The notes: generated by a model from the sequence alone, not told the origin. A stretch of 62,768 nt of DNA, filler included, from Asterionella formosa (GCA_002256025.1; 17 parts of 17 records of this genome joined end to end with filler, not necessarily neighbours in it); one strand, 5' to 3'; positions 12,703 through 23,805 are shown, counted from the first letter of the whole stretch. A program made the numbers and translations.

Positions 12703-14064
12703 ATGAAGTACCGGTATTGGCAAATCAGATTCTTTTTCATGGCCATGACTTTTAGTTTAGCAACCATTGCTGGTAACATCATCTCAGACATAGACCTCCA
12801 GCAGCAGCAACAACAAGAACAACAGCTATGTGCAGACCTTGCAGAAAACGATTCGGCATTGGCCTCGTCACAACTCAGAATTTGCTTGATGGTCGAACCT
12901 TCACCGTTCACGTATGTTTCAGGATATGCCAATCGATTCCAGGAATTAATTCGATTTCTTATCCAGTGCAACGATACTGTAGAAGTCATTACCTGTGATG
13001 AAAGTTATCCGCCAAAGCAACACTTGACAGATTGGAATGGCGTTGTGGCGGTCCATCACACTAGGGGTGTAGGACTGCCCTTGTATCGAAACGTTACACT
13101 TTCCATTGATTGGACTTGGAAGATATTTCGCGTCCTACGGCGCTTTAAACCACATATACTTCATGTTTCCAGCCCTGGTATTATGGTACTACCTGCCATT
13201 TTCTGGTCCAGACTATGGAGTTTCCCATTGCTGCTAAGCTATCATACACACCTTCCGGTTTATTTGGCACGATATATTCACCCCTCCATGGTTCCTTTGG
13301 CATGGTGGTGGATAAAATGGACACATTCATGGGCAGACTTGACTGTAGTAACTAGCCCTCCCATTCAACAAGAATTTTCCGACCATTCAATACCAAATGT
13401 TGATCTTTGGCAAAAGGCGGTTGATACTGAACGGTTTCATCCACAGCACTTCGACACGACCATGAGACATAAAATGACAAATGGTCATCCAAAACGTTTT
13501 ATTCTTTTGTACGTTGGAAGACTTGCTACGGAAAAGAGAGTGGAGGACTTGGTGGGAATTTTAGAGACATGTCCCTTGTCAACTACGTGTCTGTGTTTGG
13601 TGGGCATGGGTCCCGAGGAAACCAAGCTGAGGGCGTTGTTCCATAACTCAACTCGGAGTGTTGTATTCTTGGGAGAATTGTATGGGGTTGAGTTAAGTCA
13701 AGCATTTGCATCTGCCGATGTTTTTGTCTTTCCCAGTGATAGTGAAACATTAGGATTTGTTGTACTGGAAGCCATGGCAAGTGGAACACCAGTTGTTGCT
13801 GCTCGGGCTGGAGGTGTCCCAAGCCTTATTGATCATGGTGCAACTTCCTTTCTCGTGAAAACTGGAGATATTGACGAATTTGTACACTACATAGAACTGC
13901 TCCACCATGATAAACGCCTTCGTTCGGAGATTGGTAAAAAAGCTCGTTCGGAAGCTGAACGATGGAGTTGGGGAGCCTCCATGAGTCATCTTCGTCACTA
14001 TCAGTACCCAAAAGCAATCCAAATTTTTTCAAAGCGCACAAGAAAGTCAAACTTTGGTGATTAA
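12703..14064 (+). CDS. SQD2: GT4 glycosyltransferase, sulfoquinovosyltransferase SQD2-like
   Basis: Motifs EPSPFTYVSGYANRF, SYHTHLP, YVGRL..EKR and SDSETLGFVVLEAMASG. The start codon is uncertain; 12703 is the first in-frame ATG. Confidence 0.82.
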   Translation: MKYRYWQIRFFFMAMTFSLATIAGNIISDIDLQQQQQQEQQLCADLAENDSALASSQLRICLMVEPSPFTYVSGYANRFQELIRFLIQCNDTVEVITCDESYPPKQHLTDWNGVVAVHHTRGVGLPLYRNVTLSIDWTWKIFRVLRRFKPHILHVSSPGIMVLPAIFWSRLWSFPLLLSYHTHLPVYLARYIHPSMVPLAWWWIKWTHSWADLTVVTSPPIQQEFSDHSIPNVDLWQKAVDTERFHPQHFDTTMRHKMTNGHPKRFILLYVGRLATEKRVEDLVGILETCPLSTTCLCLVGMGPEETKLRALFHNSTRSVVFLGELYGVELSQAFASADVFVFPSDSETLGFVVLEAMASGTPVVAARAGGVPSLIDHGATSFLVKTGDIDEFVHYIELLHHDKRLRSEIGKKARSEAERWSWGASMSHLRHYQYPKAIQIFSKRTRKSNFGD

Positions 14065-15146
14065 AAATTTGGTGCTTCTTTTTAGTAGCTAGTTCATGGA
14101 GTGGCGTGGCGTGGCATAGATAGAAACCCAAAGGTGAGATGAATAGTAGACATTCTGAGTTGAGGGAACTTTGGTGTGACTTCTACTCCATTGTTTTACT
14201 TAATCAAAAGTCAATTCTGTATATTCAAGAGAAAGTGTCAAGTTGGATTATGTAAAGTATTTCTTACGTTGTTGTGGTACTCATGTTGTTGCTAGCTAGC
14301 TCGGAAAAGATCCAGGCTCGAGAATTTAGAAACTACAATACTCAATAGCATGGACAGGTAAAGTCTAGTAAAATACTTGCGAATACCATGCCTTGTCTCC
14401 CAACCTCATCTGGGAACAACAATCTGAGAGCATTGCCGGACACCTACTACACCGTCATGTCAAAGCATCAGCCATATAGACTCATAAAGTGATTCCCGAA
14501 TGGCTAAAAGCCCATCTGGAGGAGTTATTGAAACTTACGTCAAATAGACTACCCTGCTTGGTGACCTATAATTATTATAACTTTAGACAAGCATAGTCAG
14601 GAATAAACCTGGCGTCATATCGTTTAGCTGACAGTGAAAGCTCAAAGGAGGACTAGGTTGTGTGCAAAATTATTTTGAGACACTCCCCAATGCAACGTGA
14701 AAAAGTTTGAATACTAGGTGGGAATCGTACCACTTTTACAATCGCTCTCAGTTCGACATCTGGTAGGGTACATATGCAATCACGAGCGTCTTAGTAAAGT
14801 CAGCATCTCTCAATTTAAATTTCTGGAAACGAGTTAGAGCGACTTCTTATCATGTTGCCAGTATAGACAATAATAAGTATAGACTCCAGTCAATTGAATG
14901 CAAATAGGCGGTCTTCTAGCCTTCGTCCTCTTTCTTGTGGGAAATGTGCAGGGCCAGAGAGTCGAGACCATCGCCCTCGTAGACCAATGGTTGGCTGAAG
15001 CCAGCTTTTTTTTAAGTTGATGGATTCCCTTAGCCAGGCTGATGCCTTGTTATTTAATGCTAGCAGTGTTATTCGAAACGTTCTAGCTCTCCTAGATCCA
15101 CTTGTCAGCTTCCTCACCGTCAAGGTTGACGACCAGGTCGTGAATA

Positions 15147-16394
15147 ATGTTAACTACTTGGCACCAAATAAAGATACGCAACCTACAAGCCACCGATAAC
15201 GCCACCCTCAACGAAACACGGGAACAGAGGAATCAACGTTGGGGCGGCCAAGTGCCAGAGAGCAACATCTACGAAGACTTCGAACCTATTGACCATGCCG
15301 TATGGTACAACGAGCCCTACGACCACATAGATTTTTCCTCCATTGACCAGTTTGGAATGTATTAAGGCTACATCCTTGTCTTCGAATGGAGAATCTCAAA
15401 TACAATGGAACCGCCTTTTGAGGCACTCTCTTTGAGAATGGCATTACCAATAATTGTCTCTCTGGTATGTTTCTGCGCATGTGTTTCCACGATAATTCGG
15501 TGAACCATGAAATGACCCACTTTCAAGAATATATTATAAGTTTCATTCACTTTGACTCGGAAGGTCGAACTAGGTGATGTGGCCCCACTGAAACCCACGA
15601 GACCTCTGGCGCTGATGATGCCTCGCTCCGTCCTTGTATTCAGTAAAGAGAGGTAACATCCCAACCAGAACAGTGATCAGACGGCATCACGAGCGAGTTC
15701 TCTATTCTCTTCGGACCAAGAACATTCCTGGCATTGTTGACCAAGCTGGCAACCCCACAAATATGGTGGAAAACTACAAGTTGTCCTATACTGGCTTGCT
15801 TCACAATGGATGTATTGCTGCAGCCATTTTCCTTTGCCCACCAGTATTCGTAAAGTCACAACAAGCTGACGATATTACCGTTCTCTCCCAGACTCCCATG
15901 ACGTTTGGTCGACACGACGCATAATGTTGCCAAAAGAAACCAATGACTGGTTCGTAAATCGGGGAATGACAACCTGTCAATTTCTCGCCTTGATGTGAAC
16001 TCACACCAGCATTCTGGCGGCCCCATTGGCAGATTCAGTAGTGAGCGCATGCCCATTGTTGAGCAAATCTGCCTTGTAACAAAGACGGGGTTCTGTTGGA
16101 CTATGTTGGTCAATTCCTCAATCCTGGGACGCATGTCGTTGCTTCCTCAGTTGAAGAAATTGCGGCTAATCTTAAAGCCTTAAACTGCGAATGGACTTAT
16201 TCACCATTTGGGCCTGCTCAAACGTGGCCCCTTACGGCCGTGGACTGCTCCATTTCGTTGGACGTGTGGTGAAAAAAAACTTGTTTCAGCCAATCTTACT
16301 GACACAGATCTTTGAGAGTGCTCAGAATGAGTATTGGAAAATTCCATGCAAAGACACGTCCTCCTTAGAAAGTGTTGATGCGATGACGTCTTGA
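15147..16394 (+). pseudogene. Non-animal heme peroxidase (APX/class III-like fold) pseudogene
   Basis: Motifs appear in the expected order across stops and frameshifts: GMFLRMCFHD (distal Arg/His, about 15464-15493), SGAD..SVL...ER*HPNQN, KLSYTGLLH (cf. ISYADL) and PMTFGRHDA (ends 15921). Boundaries are approximate. Confidence 0.62.
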
Positions 16395-16718
16395 ACACCG
16401 CCTCTACCGCAATTGGAACTGACAAGTTTATCAATGACCAAATGTTTGGTTCCTACAATGTTAACCAATAGTAGTAGCTGATGATTCATCGAATAATGAC
16501 AAGAGAGGAAGAGAATAAACAAATTGGTAAATTCATATTGATTGTTGGGGGAACTAATCGAGCTGGCGAGTAAGTCATGAAGTAATAACAAGTATAGTAC
16601 TATGTGACAAATTACAACAAGCAATCGTTCAAAGTCAGTCACCTCTCCATCGCCTTGTGCAGATTGTATGTTACTGTGTGTAACATGTCCTACCCATAAT
16701 GCCAGTACATATAATCCC

Positions 16719-17927
16719 TCAATTTTCATTTGATTCCGTCCCTTCTCTGTTATACTTTTCCCAAACATGAGGAAAAAATAAAAGTCTAGATGCCAATTGT
16801 CTCATACACAAACTCTTAATGACAATACATCTAGGTTCCAAAGCATTTCCTAATGAATCCAACAATGCCAATGCTTCCAAATATCCATCAGCACCACTTA
16901 GTCCACCAATATCGGCATACACAACATCATACCCCATGTTGTTGTTGTTATTATTATTTTGTGCCAAACAACTGTTTTGTTGTAATTTCAACAATTCCAA
17001 TGTTTTCCATGCATCTCCCACAGCAAAGGCAATGTTTGGATATTGTTTTTTGGCATGTGCAATAATCTTTGGTCCAATATCGACTCCTATACAGTAATCC
17101 CCTGCATCATTAAGGAGTGTTGTTGTTCGACCAAAGTGACATCCCACTTCCAGAATACGATCCGTACATTGAATGACATGAGGAATAGTTTGACGATAAT
17201 CATCCACTTGAATTGTGGCAATCAAAAGTGGTTCTGATGATCGTACTAGTTGTTGTTGTTGTTGTTGTTGTTGTGATGGTTGTCTTGTTGTTGTTGTTCG
17301 TTTATCATCAAGATTTTGAGAATGGACAAGTCGACGTGATAAGGAATACAAGGATTTTGATTTAATAATAATAGCTCGAGGAGGATGATTTCTTATTTTC
17401 ATGTGTCCAACAATTTCATTAGCAAGTGATAATGTGGTCATGTATAAATCATTCCCAAGGATATGTGAGACACTTAGTATCAAAATATCATACGAATATT
17501 GTTGTTGTTGTTGTTTGGTTGAAAATAGTTGGACTTTCCAATCACTAAATTGATGATGTAATTCTATATACTGCACACGATTGGTAAATCCAAAGGTACC
17601 TATTGTGCCATGACCTCCATTAGTAGCAGAAGCAGCAGTCTCCTCATCTGTCTTCTTCTTTTTATAATTACCCACAAGGACGGCAGTACCACCAGGACCA
17701 ATGGTCTGACATAAATGTGAAGAAACGTCGGATAACTCAGTTCCAAACTCCAAGACAGTATCATTTACTCGACAAAGGATAGTAATGGCACCCATCACTT
17801 CCTTGGCAGAACTACATGTTATGATAGGAATCGTAGTAGCGGAAGCATGCGCATGCTCGTGCTGATGTTCATCAGGTGTCCTACTGCTGCTGCTGATTAA
17901 TGATGGAGTGGACAAAGGGAATACCAT
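16719..17927 (-). CDS. Class I SAM-dependent methyltransferase with two tandem Rossmann-like domains
   Basis: The C-terminal domain has ILEVGCHFG, IGVDI, GDA and YDVVYADIGG; the degenerate N-terminal copy has VLEFGTELS. The start was chosen at MVFPLS, but the ORF is open to 18056. Confidence 0.8.
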   Translation of the reverse strand: MVFPLSTPSLISSSSRTPDEHQHEHAHASATTIPIITCSSAKEVMGAITILCRVNDTVLEFGTELSDVSSHLCQTIGPGGTAVLVGNYKKKKTDEETAASATNGGHGTIGTFGFTNRVQYIELHHQFSDWKVQLFSTKQQQQQYSYDILILSVSHILGNDLYMTTLSLANEIVGHMKIRNHPPRAIIIKSKSLYSLSRRLVHSQNLDDKRTTTTRQPSQQQQQQQQLVRSSEPLLIATIQVDDYRQTIPHVIQCTDRILEVGCHFGRTTTLLNDAGDYCIGVDIGPKIIAHAKKQYPNIAFAVGDAWKTLELLKLQQNSCLAQNNNNNNNMGYDVVYADIGGLSGADGYLEALALLDSLGNALEPRCIVIKSLCMRQLASRLLFFPHVWEKYNREGTESNEN

Positions 17928-18222
17928 GATGGATGATAATGTAAACACCGTGAGGATATTTAGTCTACTATTCGATAATAGTCTAAAATAGACATCATGT
18001 AAAGAATGATGGAAAGGTGGTGGTGTTGTTGTTGCGATGATGAATTCATGCATCAAAGTACCGGTAAGTAATCATGGTCCGGTTACCTCTTGGCTATACC
18101 TGGTACCTGGTACCGTAGTCTACCGGGTACTTACCAACACTTGCCACCTGCCTCGTACGGAATACAACGTGATTGTAGATTGTACTGTAATTACTACCGG
18201 TATACCGATAACTACCTACCAG

Positions 18223-18324
18223 GTAGCTGCAAGTTGCGGTAAATTTTGCTGAGCTAAAGATTTAGCTTTATTTATCTTAGATCAAATTGTTTATTTAAGC
18301 AAAATTACCGCAATTTGCTGGTAC
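18223..18324. repeat. About 100-bp inverted-repeat (MITE-like) element
   Basis: gcaagttgcggtaaattttgct ... agcaaaattaccgcaatttgc form imperfect inverted arms of about 22-28 bp around an AT-rich core. Confidence 0.6.
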
Positions 18325-18503
18325 AGAAGCAATTGTTGTTTCAAACGACTCATGTCCCTACCCGGTATTGCCGTTGCTGACCCACACTTTCAACACAGAG
18401 AGAGACAGCTGACCAAGTCCATTCCCATTATACCGGTACTGCTGTCCCCCATTTTCTCGTTGGTCATTCAGTTGTACTGGTAGAATATTCTTTTTGCTGT
18501 ATC

Positions 18504-19811
18504 ATGTCCGAAGATTTGGTGGAACCCAAATTAGATCATCCCGATGCTTCCATCCGTTTGGCTTCTGCAGTGCATCGGTTTTACGTGCCACAAATTCGTC
18601 GACCTGTATCGTTTGTGTCTAGTTTCAAGACTGCATCAGCTTCCTTCGCCAACACAAGGACTGCCATGAAACAAGCCGATACGTATCGTAACAATTTAGA
18701 AACAGCATTGGCTGCTACTGTTGTTTCTGGAGAGCGAGTGTATACGGATGCCACACGGTATGTTCCCTACATTTCTCAATTGTTGTTGACTTGTAAAGTG
18801 CAACCAGAAGTTGCTAGACTCGATGAACGCTTATTGTTTGAATGGTCTAGTGGAGTAGAAGTATCGACAACAACAGCAAACAAGACTAGCACATTGCCAC
18901 CAACATACACTTCGGAAGCTCTCATGTATGATGTCGTCATGACGATGGCATGTCAAGCACTTGGAAAAGCTGCATCTGCAACAGAAGCATCGATTGCAGG
19001 AGACTTTGCAGCTGCCAATAGAGAATACAATACAGCTGCTGGGATATTTCAATTTCTATACACAGATCATTTACCAAAATGGATTGCCAAGGGCTCCAAT
19101 GTCAATGATGCAACATTACCAACTGAATGCAATGTTGGGGCATGTGAGGCACTTACTGAATTATTCTTGGCCAATGCGCAACAAATGGCTGTGGCTATGA
19201 TATTGGTCAAACCAGGGAAACCCAATTATGGTTTGGTTGCCAAACTATGTTTGGGAATATCGGAACGGTTGCAATTGGTATGTTCTATTTTAAGAAAAAA
19301 ATCATTTTCTCAGATGGGACGCATGGGAAAAGATGTATTTGCCTTAATTGCATTCCAAACCACATTACATGGGTCCTTGTCCAATTACTTTCATGCTAGA
19401 TCCTTGTGGGATGACAAACAAGACTACGGTCTGGCCATTGCATTTTTGAGTGATGCAACCTTGGCATTGAATACTCGGGCTCATGCCGGAGCTGCGGGTA
19501 TGGTCGAAATCCCAAGAGCATCTCCACTACAAGCTCTAGTTAAGGATCTGACTGACCTTAAGGCTCATATGGCATTGCTATTGAAACATTGGGAAGTGGA
19601 CAATTCCCATATTTATTTTGAAAAAGTACCTCAACGGGTCCCAGAGGAGGACAAGTTAGCAGCAGGAATTCAATTGAATAAGGCTGTTTTGTACCAAATG
19701 GATAATGTTGATCCACTCCCCTTGAGTATTCCAGAAGGAGCCTTGCAACGATCAGATAGTGATTTAGCCAGGGAATTGCAAGACGAGGTGAATCGTGAGT
19801 ATACTGCGTAA
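18504..19811 (+). CDS. BRO1-domain protein (BROX/ALIX-like, ESCRT-associated)
   Basis: LFEWSSG, AAGIFQFL, LANAQQ, and DNSHIYFEKVP (the BRO1 DN..IY motif), with a C-terminal UIM-like DSDLARELQ. Confidence 0.85.
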   Translation: MSEDLVEPKLDHPDASIRLASAVHRFYVPQIRRPVSFVSSFKTASASFANTRTAMKQADTYRNNLETALAATVVSGERVYTDATRYVPYISQLLLTCKVQPEVARLDERLLFEWSSGVEVSTTTANKTSTLPPTYTSEALMYDVVMTMACQALGKAASATEASIAGDFAAANREYNTAAGIFQFLYTDHLPKWIAKGSNVNDATLPTECNVGACEALTELFLANAQQMAVAMILVKPGKPNYGLVAKLCLGISERLQLVCSILRKKSFSQMGRMGKDVFALIAFQTTLHGSLSNYFHARSLWDDKQDYGLAIAFLSDATLALNTRAHAGAAGMVEIPRASPLQALVKDLTDLKAHMALLLKHWEVDNSHIYFEKVPQRVPEEDKLAAGIQLNKAVLYQMDNVDPLPLSIPEGALQRSDSDLARELQDEVNREYTA

Positions 19812-20409
19812 GAGAGTATTGATATGCATGGAGTATTACACAGAGATCATCCCATGTGTTTGGTAGACTACTTCCGTATTATTTTAAAAAGTATATATGT
19901 ACATGTAGAATTATAGAGGGTCTGTCTCTATGAATTCTTTGACAATCAAACGAGCATGCAATGTCCAATCATGTTGTAGGGTTAGGGTTATATATGAAGT
20001 ATGTCAATAAGTGTAGCTAGGCAAAACCTTTGTCATGTGTCCATGACCTCAATCAGCAGAGTACTAGCTAGTAGTTCGTATGGCTGATGATGAGTGTGAT
20101 TGAAGGCCAACTAAAAATTGTTCAATAGGAAAGTATGGCGAATTGTTACAAAAAATTCAAAGTGAACAGGAGTTTATTGTCTCTACATGGTGCAGCACCC
20201 TAATGATTTTACCAACTCACTAAAATCGGGGTCCTTGGCTTCCCTACACCACTGGTATCTGCAATTCCTCTGTTCACAGTAGAAGTAGATTCATCTCATA
20301 CAACATCTATAGATATGTTCAGAACTGATAAAATATATGGAATCCAACGAATCGAGAATCAATATTCTTTGTAGTGATTAGAAACCAAGACCCAAAAACA
20401 TCTCGTCAT

Positions 20410-20597
20410 TTATTGACAAATGACTGGAGATGTTTACTTATTGACAAATGACTGGACTGGAGATGTTTACTTATTGACAAATGACTGGAGATGTTACTTA
20501 TTGACAAGTGAATCAGATGCTCACTTATTGTCAAAAGAATAAGTGCTGCTCACTTATTGTCAAATGAATATGCTTACTTATTGTCAAAGTAAGCAAG
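20410..20597. repeat. Minisatellite of seven 24-33-bp units with a TTATTG(A/T)CAA core
   Basis: Units start at about 20410, 20438, 20471, 20498, 20525, 20554 and 20578; the first three are nearly identical. Confidence 0.9.
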
Positions 20598-20779
20598 ATC
20601 ATTTTGACGGGATCAAGGAAAGTGTGAGAAGTCTTGTTCGGGATTACATGAGTAATCAGGCAAGAACAAGACTAGATAGACTATTAACAGAAAGCTCACA
20701 ATATTACAAAGTGTAAAGTGAAAATACGTTTTCAGCTTTGATATTTCAACTAGACAATTTAACACGTTTTAAAACGAAC

Positions 20780-20926
20780 CTACAGGTCTAGAGACATGGT
20801 TACAGCGCTGGATGCGGAGTTGGCACTCAGATCAATCTCCTCGTCGTTCAAATTGATCTTGAGCACGTCTGAAGGAGTATAAGGGGCAAAGTCCCAGCTG
20901 GCGAGGGCATAAAAGTCAAACTCTAA
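20780..20926 (-). CDS. Possible 3' end of an unknown gene cut by the contig end
   Basis: Open frame LEFDFYALASWDFAPYTPSDVLKINLNDEEIDLSANSASSAVTMSLDL*. Confidence 0.35.
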   Translation of the reverse strand, partial: LEFDFYALASWDFAPYTPSDVLKINLNDEEIDLSANSASSAVTMSLDL

Positions 20927-20927
20927 T

Positions 20928-21027
20928 NNNNNNNNNNNNNNNNNNNNNNNNNNNNNNNNNNNNNNNNNNNNTTAATTAATTAANNNNNNNNNNNNNNNNN
21001 NNNNNNNNNNNNNNNNNNNNNNNNNNN
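20928..21027. other. Artificial contig-joining linker N44-TTAATTAATTAA-N44 (first of 16)
   Basis: The same 100-bp spacer, with stops in all six frames, also starts at 22317, 23706, 44733, 46122, 47511, 48899, 50287, 51675, 53063, 54451, 55838, 57225, 58611, 59997 and 61383. Confidence 0.99.
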
Positions 21028-21936
21028 ATTTTGACCGTTTTATAGAGTGCATGTGCAATTGGCAACACAAAGATGGTTGTGTCGGATCAGGTTGTCAATA
21101 TCAAATGGGACTGAGCTGGTATCATCACAGTTGCAAAGACTGTCGGTGTGTTTCGGAACCGTGATTTGATCAGGGAAACTTTCAGATGGCAAAGTGGCCA
21201 TCGTGCCCTTTCCCATCGCCGTTGTCCCCTCGTTGGCTAGCACGAATAATGGCTGAGGCCAAAGAAAGCGGCGGGTGCTGAACTTAAAATGTCATAAATA
21301 CAAATTTTTTAATTCGAGGCCAAAGCGAATATCACTATTCTACCGGTCGTTCATTCCAGCTAGGTTATCGAAAATCTAACTGTGCAACTGTTGAAATGAC
21401 AGGGTGCGGCAACACTGGGACAAATCATTGCGTTTGAATTATCCATTCGGTTAGGAGACTGCACAGTTGTCTCCTTTGATCGCCTATTTCTTACAGGTCT
21501 CGAGATTTAAAGGCAGGGGATATGATCCATCGGACAAGGAAAAGGCATGTTAATTTATGCAGCTTTGAGATCCGCTGCCAAGCCGCGCGATTGCATTGAA
21601 AGTCGCTGCAATTTGTTTTATCGTTTTCGGATCCCTAGATCAGATCTGTAGAACGACGCATGAAAGCATTTCGTCAAATGCCGACGCCTACTGTGCAACA
21701 AGTTTTACCTATCTTGCCTAACAAATTTGAATGCTAATAGTGTGTAGTCATGAAATTTACATTTAAAATTCAATTCAGCTTTTCCGTGAGGTTGTTTCTG
21801 CAGAGTAACGTTGGCATTCGTTCGGTCAACAATCTTTCTCGCCACTCATGCTGTTAAATTCAAAGTATGTACAGGGGATTATAAAATTTGTCGCAAAGAG
21901 GATCAACGCTCACCAGTCTTGGCATAATCCTTGCAT

Positions 21937-22316
21937 TTAGCGTTGTTGTTGTCCGGGCTGGTTAACAATCTGCATTAGGGCAGGAGCATGTGCCTGCTGA
22001 AACTGTTGAAAGGTCTGATTGGCAGCCAAGGCTTGCCCAAGAACATTTCTAATGTGCGACGAACTCAACGCAGTGGCAGCTGCGAAACCAGCAGCAAACT
22101 GGGAAGCAGCACAGGAAGACTGGAAACTAAAATTGCTCGCGTCTGGGACAACAGAAGCATTAGTCTGGAGCGATGCATGCTGCTGCGTGGGCATGACGAA
22201 TGGCACGTTTGTCACTGTTGATGAAGCGACATCAACACTGCTGTTGTAAGGCATATTGGGCGTGGCGACCGATGATGTCGCAAAGGAGTTCTGAGGGACA
22301 AAAAAGCCATGAGGAG
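21937..22316 (-). CDS. C-terminal fragment of an unknown S/A/Q-rich protein (possibly a transcription-factor tail)
   Basis: Open from the contig edge; contains AASQFAAGFAAATAL and a Q-rich end. Confidence 0.55.
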
Positions 22317-23452
22317 NNNNNNNNNNNNNNNNNNNNNNNNNNNNNNNNNNNNNNNNNNNNTTAATTAATTAANNNNNNNNNNNNNNNNNNNNNNNNNNNN
22401 NNNNNNNNNNNNNNNNCTTCCTACGAGCAAACAACAATGAAAAGAGCCACTTGCTTTCGCTCTCTTGATGGTATCAAAGATGCGGACAAGTTCAATAGTT
22501 AATTCAAGTACAGTATGCCAAATGCAGAAACGAGCGAGCGATAACAAATATTCGCAATATCCAGCCTTTCCCGGAACTCCCAACTCCCACCAATCATAAT
22601 TATTTCATTGTATGCATCTTTCCAAAAGATTACAATTGCTTTGTTCTGTTAATCAACGCAAGAATGCAATATTACAAACTACAGCCCGGGGAAAGATTGT
22701 ATGGTATTTATCACGTGCCGACCCCGACCGGACCTGGCAAGTACAAGTGCTTTGTAGAGCGTAGCTTTCGCAAGGTTCGTCACATGAAATGCTTTGCGAA
22801 TTCCTTCATCGTTTTTGAGTTTTGCTGCACTCGCTAATGCATCTCTCCTCCTTCTAATTGATCTCGTTCAAAACCCCAATGAACAATGTTTTTAATCCCT
22901 GATTTTATGTCCAATAACCAGATATGTGGTAATGAAATGGAAGCCGATTTTTTCCATAGTCGAGCGATGAAGGATGGTTTCCGTTGTCCATGATGTGCAG
23001 GAACGAGAGAAAAATTTATGTTTATCTCTGTCAAAATCCCAAGAGAGAGTTTTCTAAGTCCCAGAGTCGTGGCAAAGAAATGGAAGCAAATTTTGTCAGA
23101 GGGATTCAAGCATCGCAGGATTATTGGACTTGTCCAACATGTGATGGAAATAAGGAAGACTATACGGGTGACTCTGAATAAGCTACTGCATCGCAAATGA
23201 ACACGTCAAAAATTCATATAAGCACCAAGCTATTTCATCATGCTGGTGGTGGTTTTTGCATTGAGAATGAATTCATTTTCATTACATTACATTTGATTTG
23301 ATTTGATTTGATTTTCTACAACAGGTACTGCGGGTTGGTGTGGGATCCTTTCGAAAACAGCAGTGAAGCTTCTGAATGTGAAATTCTTTATATATATTTA
23401 TATTTATGGTAGACGAACAGAGAAATTCACCTGCTCACACAACAAGTCATGT

Positions 23453-23705
23453 TCAAATCACTGATGGCTTGAATATGGGAAGGTAAAATATTCCGATACC
23501 CGCAACAACGCAACAGACAAGATTAACGGAGAAGAAAACGAGTTCCAAAAAGTGGAAATATGGAAGGAATCCTTTTTTCACCTGCCTTTTGGGTAGTCCA
23601 CTTGAATTTTCCTCGTTATTCAAAGCCATATAGTAGTCGAAATTTGGTGGGAATATATTGATGAACATTGCTTTAAACAAGTCGTCTAGATCCAATATGA
23701 ATTGC
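23453..23705 (-). CDS. Possible C-terminal fragment with a TM helix
   Basis: ORF near the contig edge ending in the hydrophobic stretch LVFFSVNLVCCVVAGIGIFYL. Confidence 0.3.
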
Positions 23706-23805
23706 NNNNNNNNNNNNNNNNNNNNNNNNNNNNNNNNNNNNNNNNNNNNTTAATTAATTAANNNNNNNNNNNNNNNNNNNNNNNNNNNNNNNNNNNNNNN
23801 NNNNN

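Noticed and set aside
19977..19990. Telomere-like TAGGGTTAGGGTTA
   Set aside because: Only about two units, internal, and compatible with chance.
20410..20597. CRISPR-like array
   Set aside because: The core is only about 12 bp, the spacers are short and related to each other, there are no cas genes, and the context is eukaryotic.
20972..20983. TTAATTAATTAA as a biological palindrome
   Set aside because: It is always centred between two N44 runs, so it is an assembly spacer with six-frame stops.
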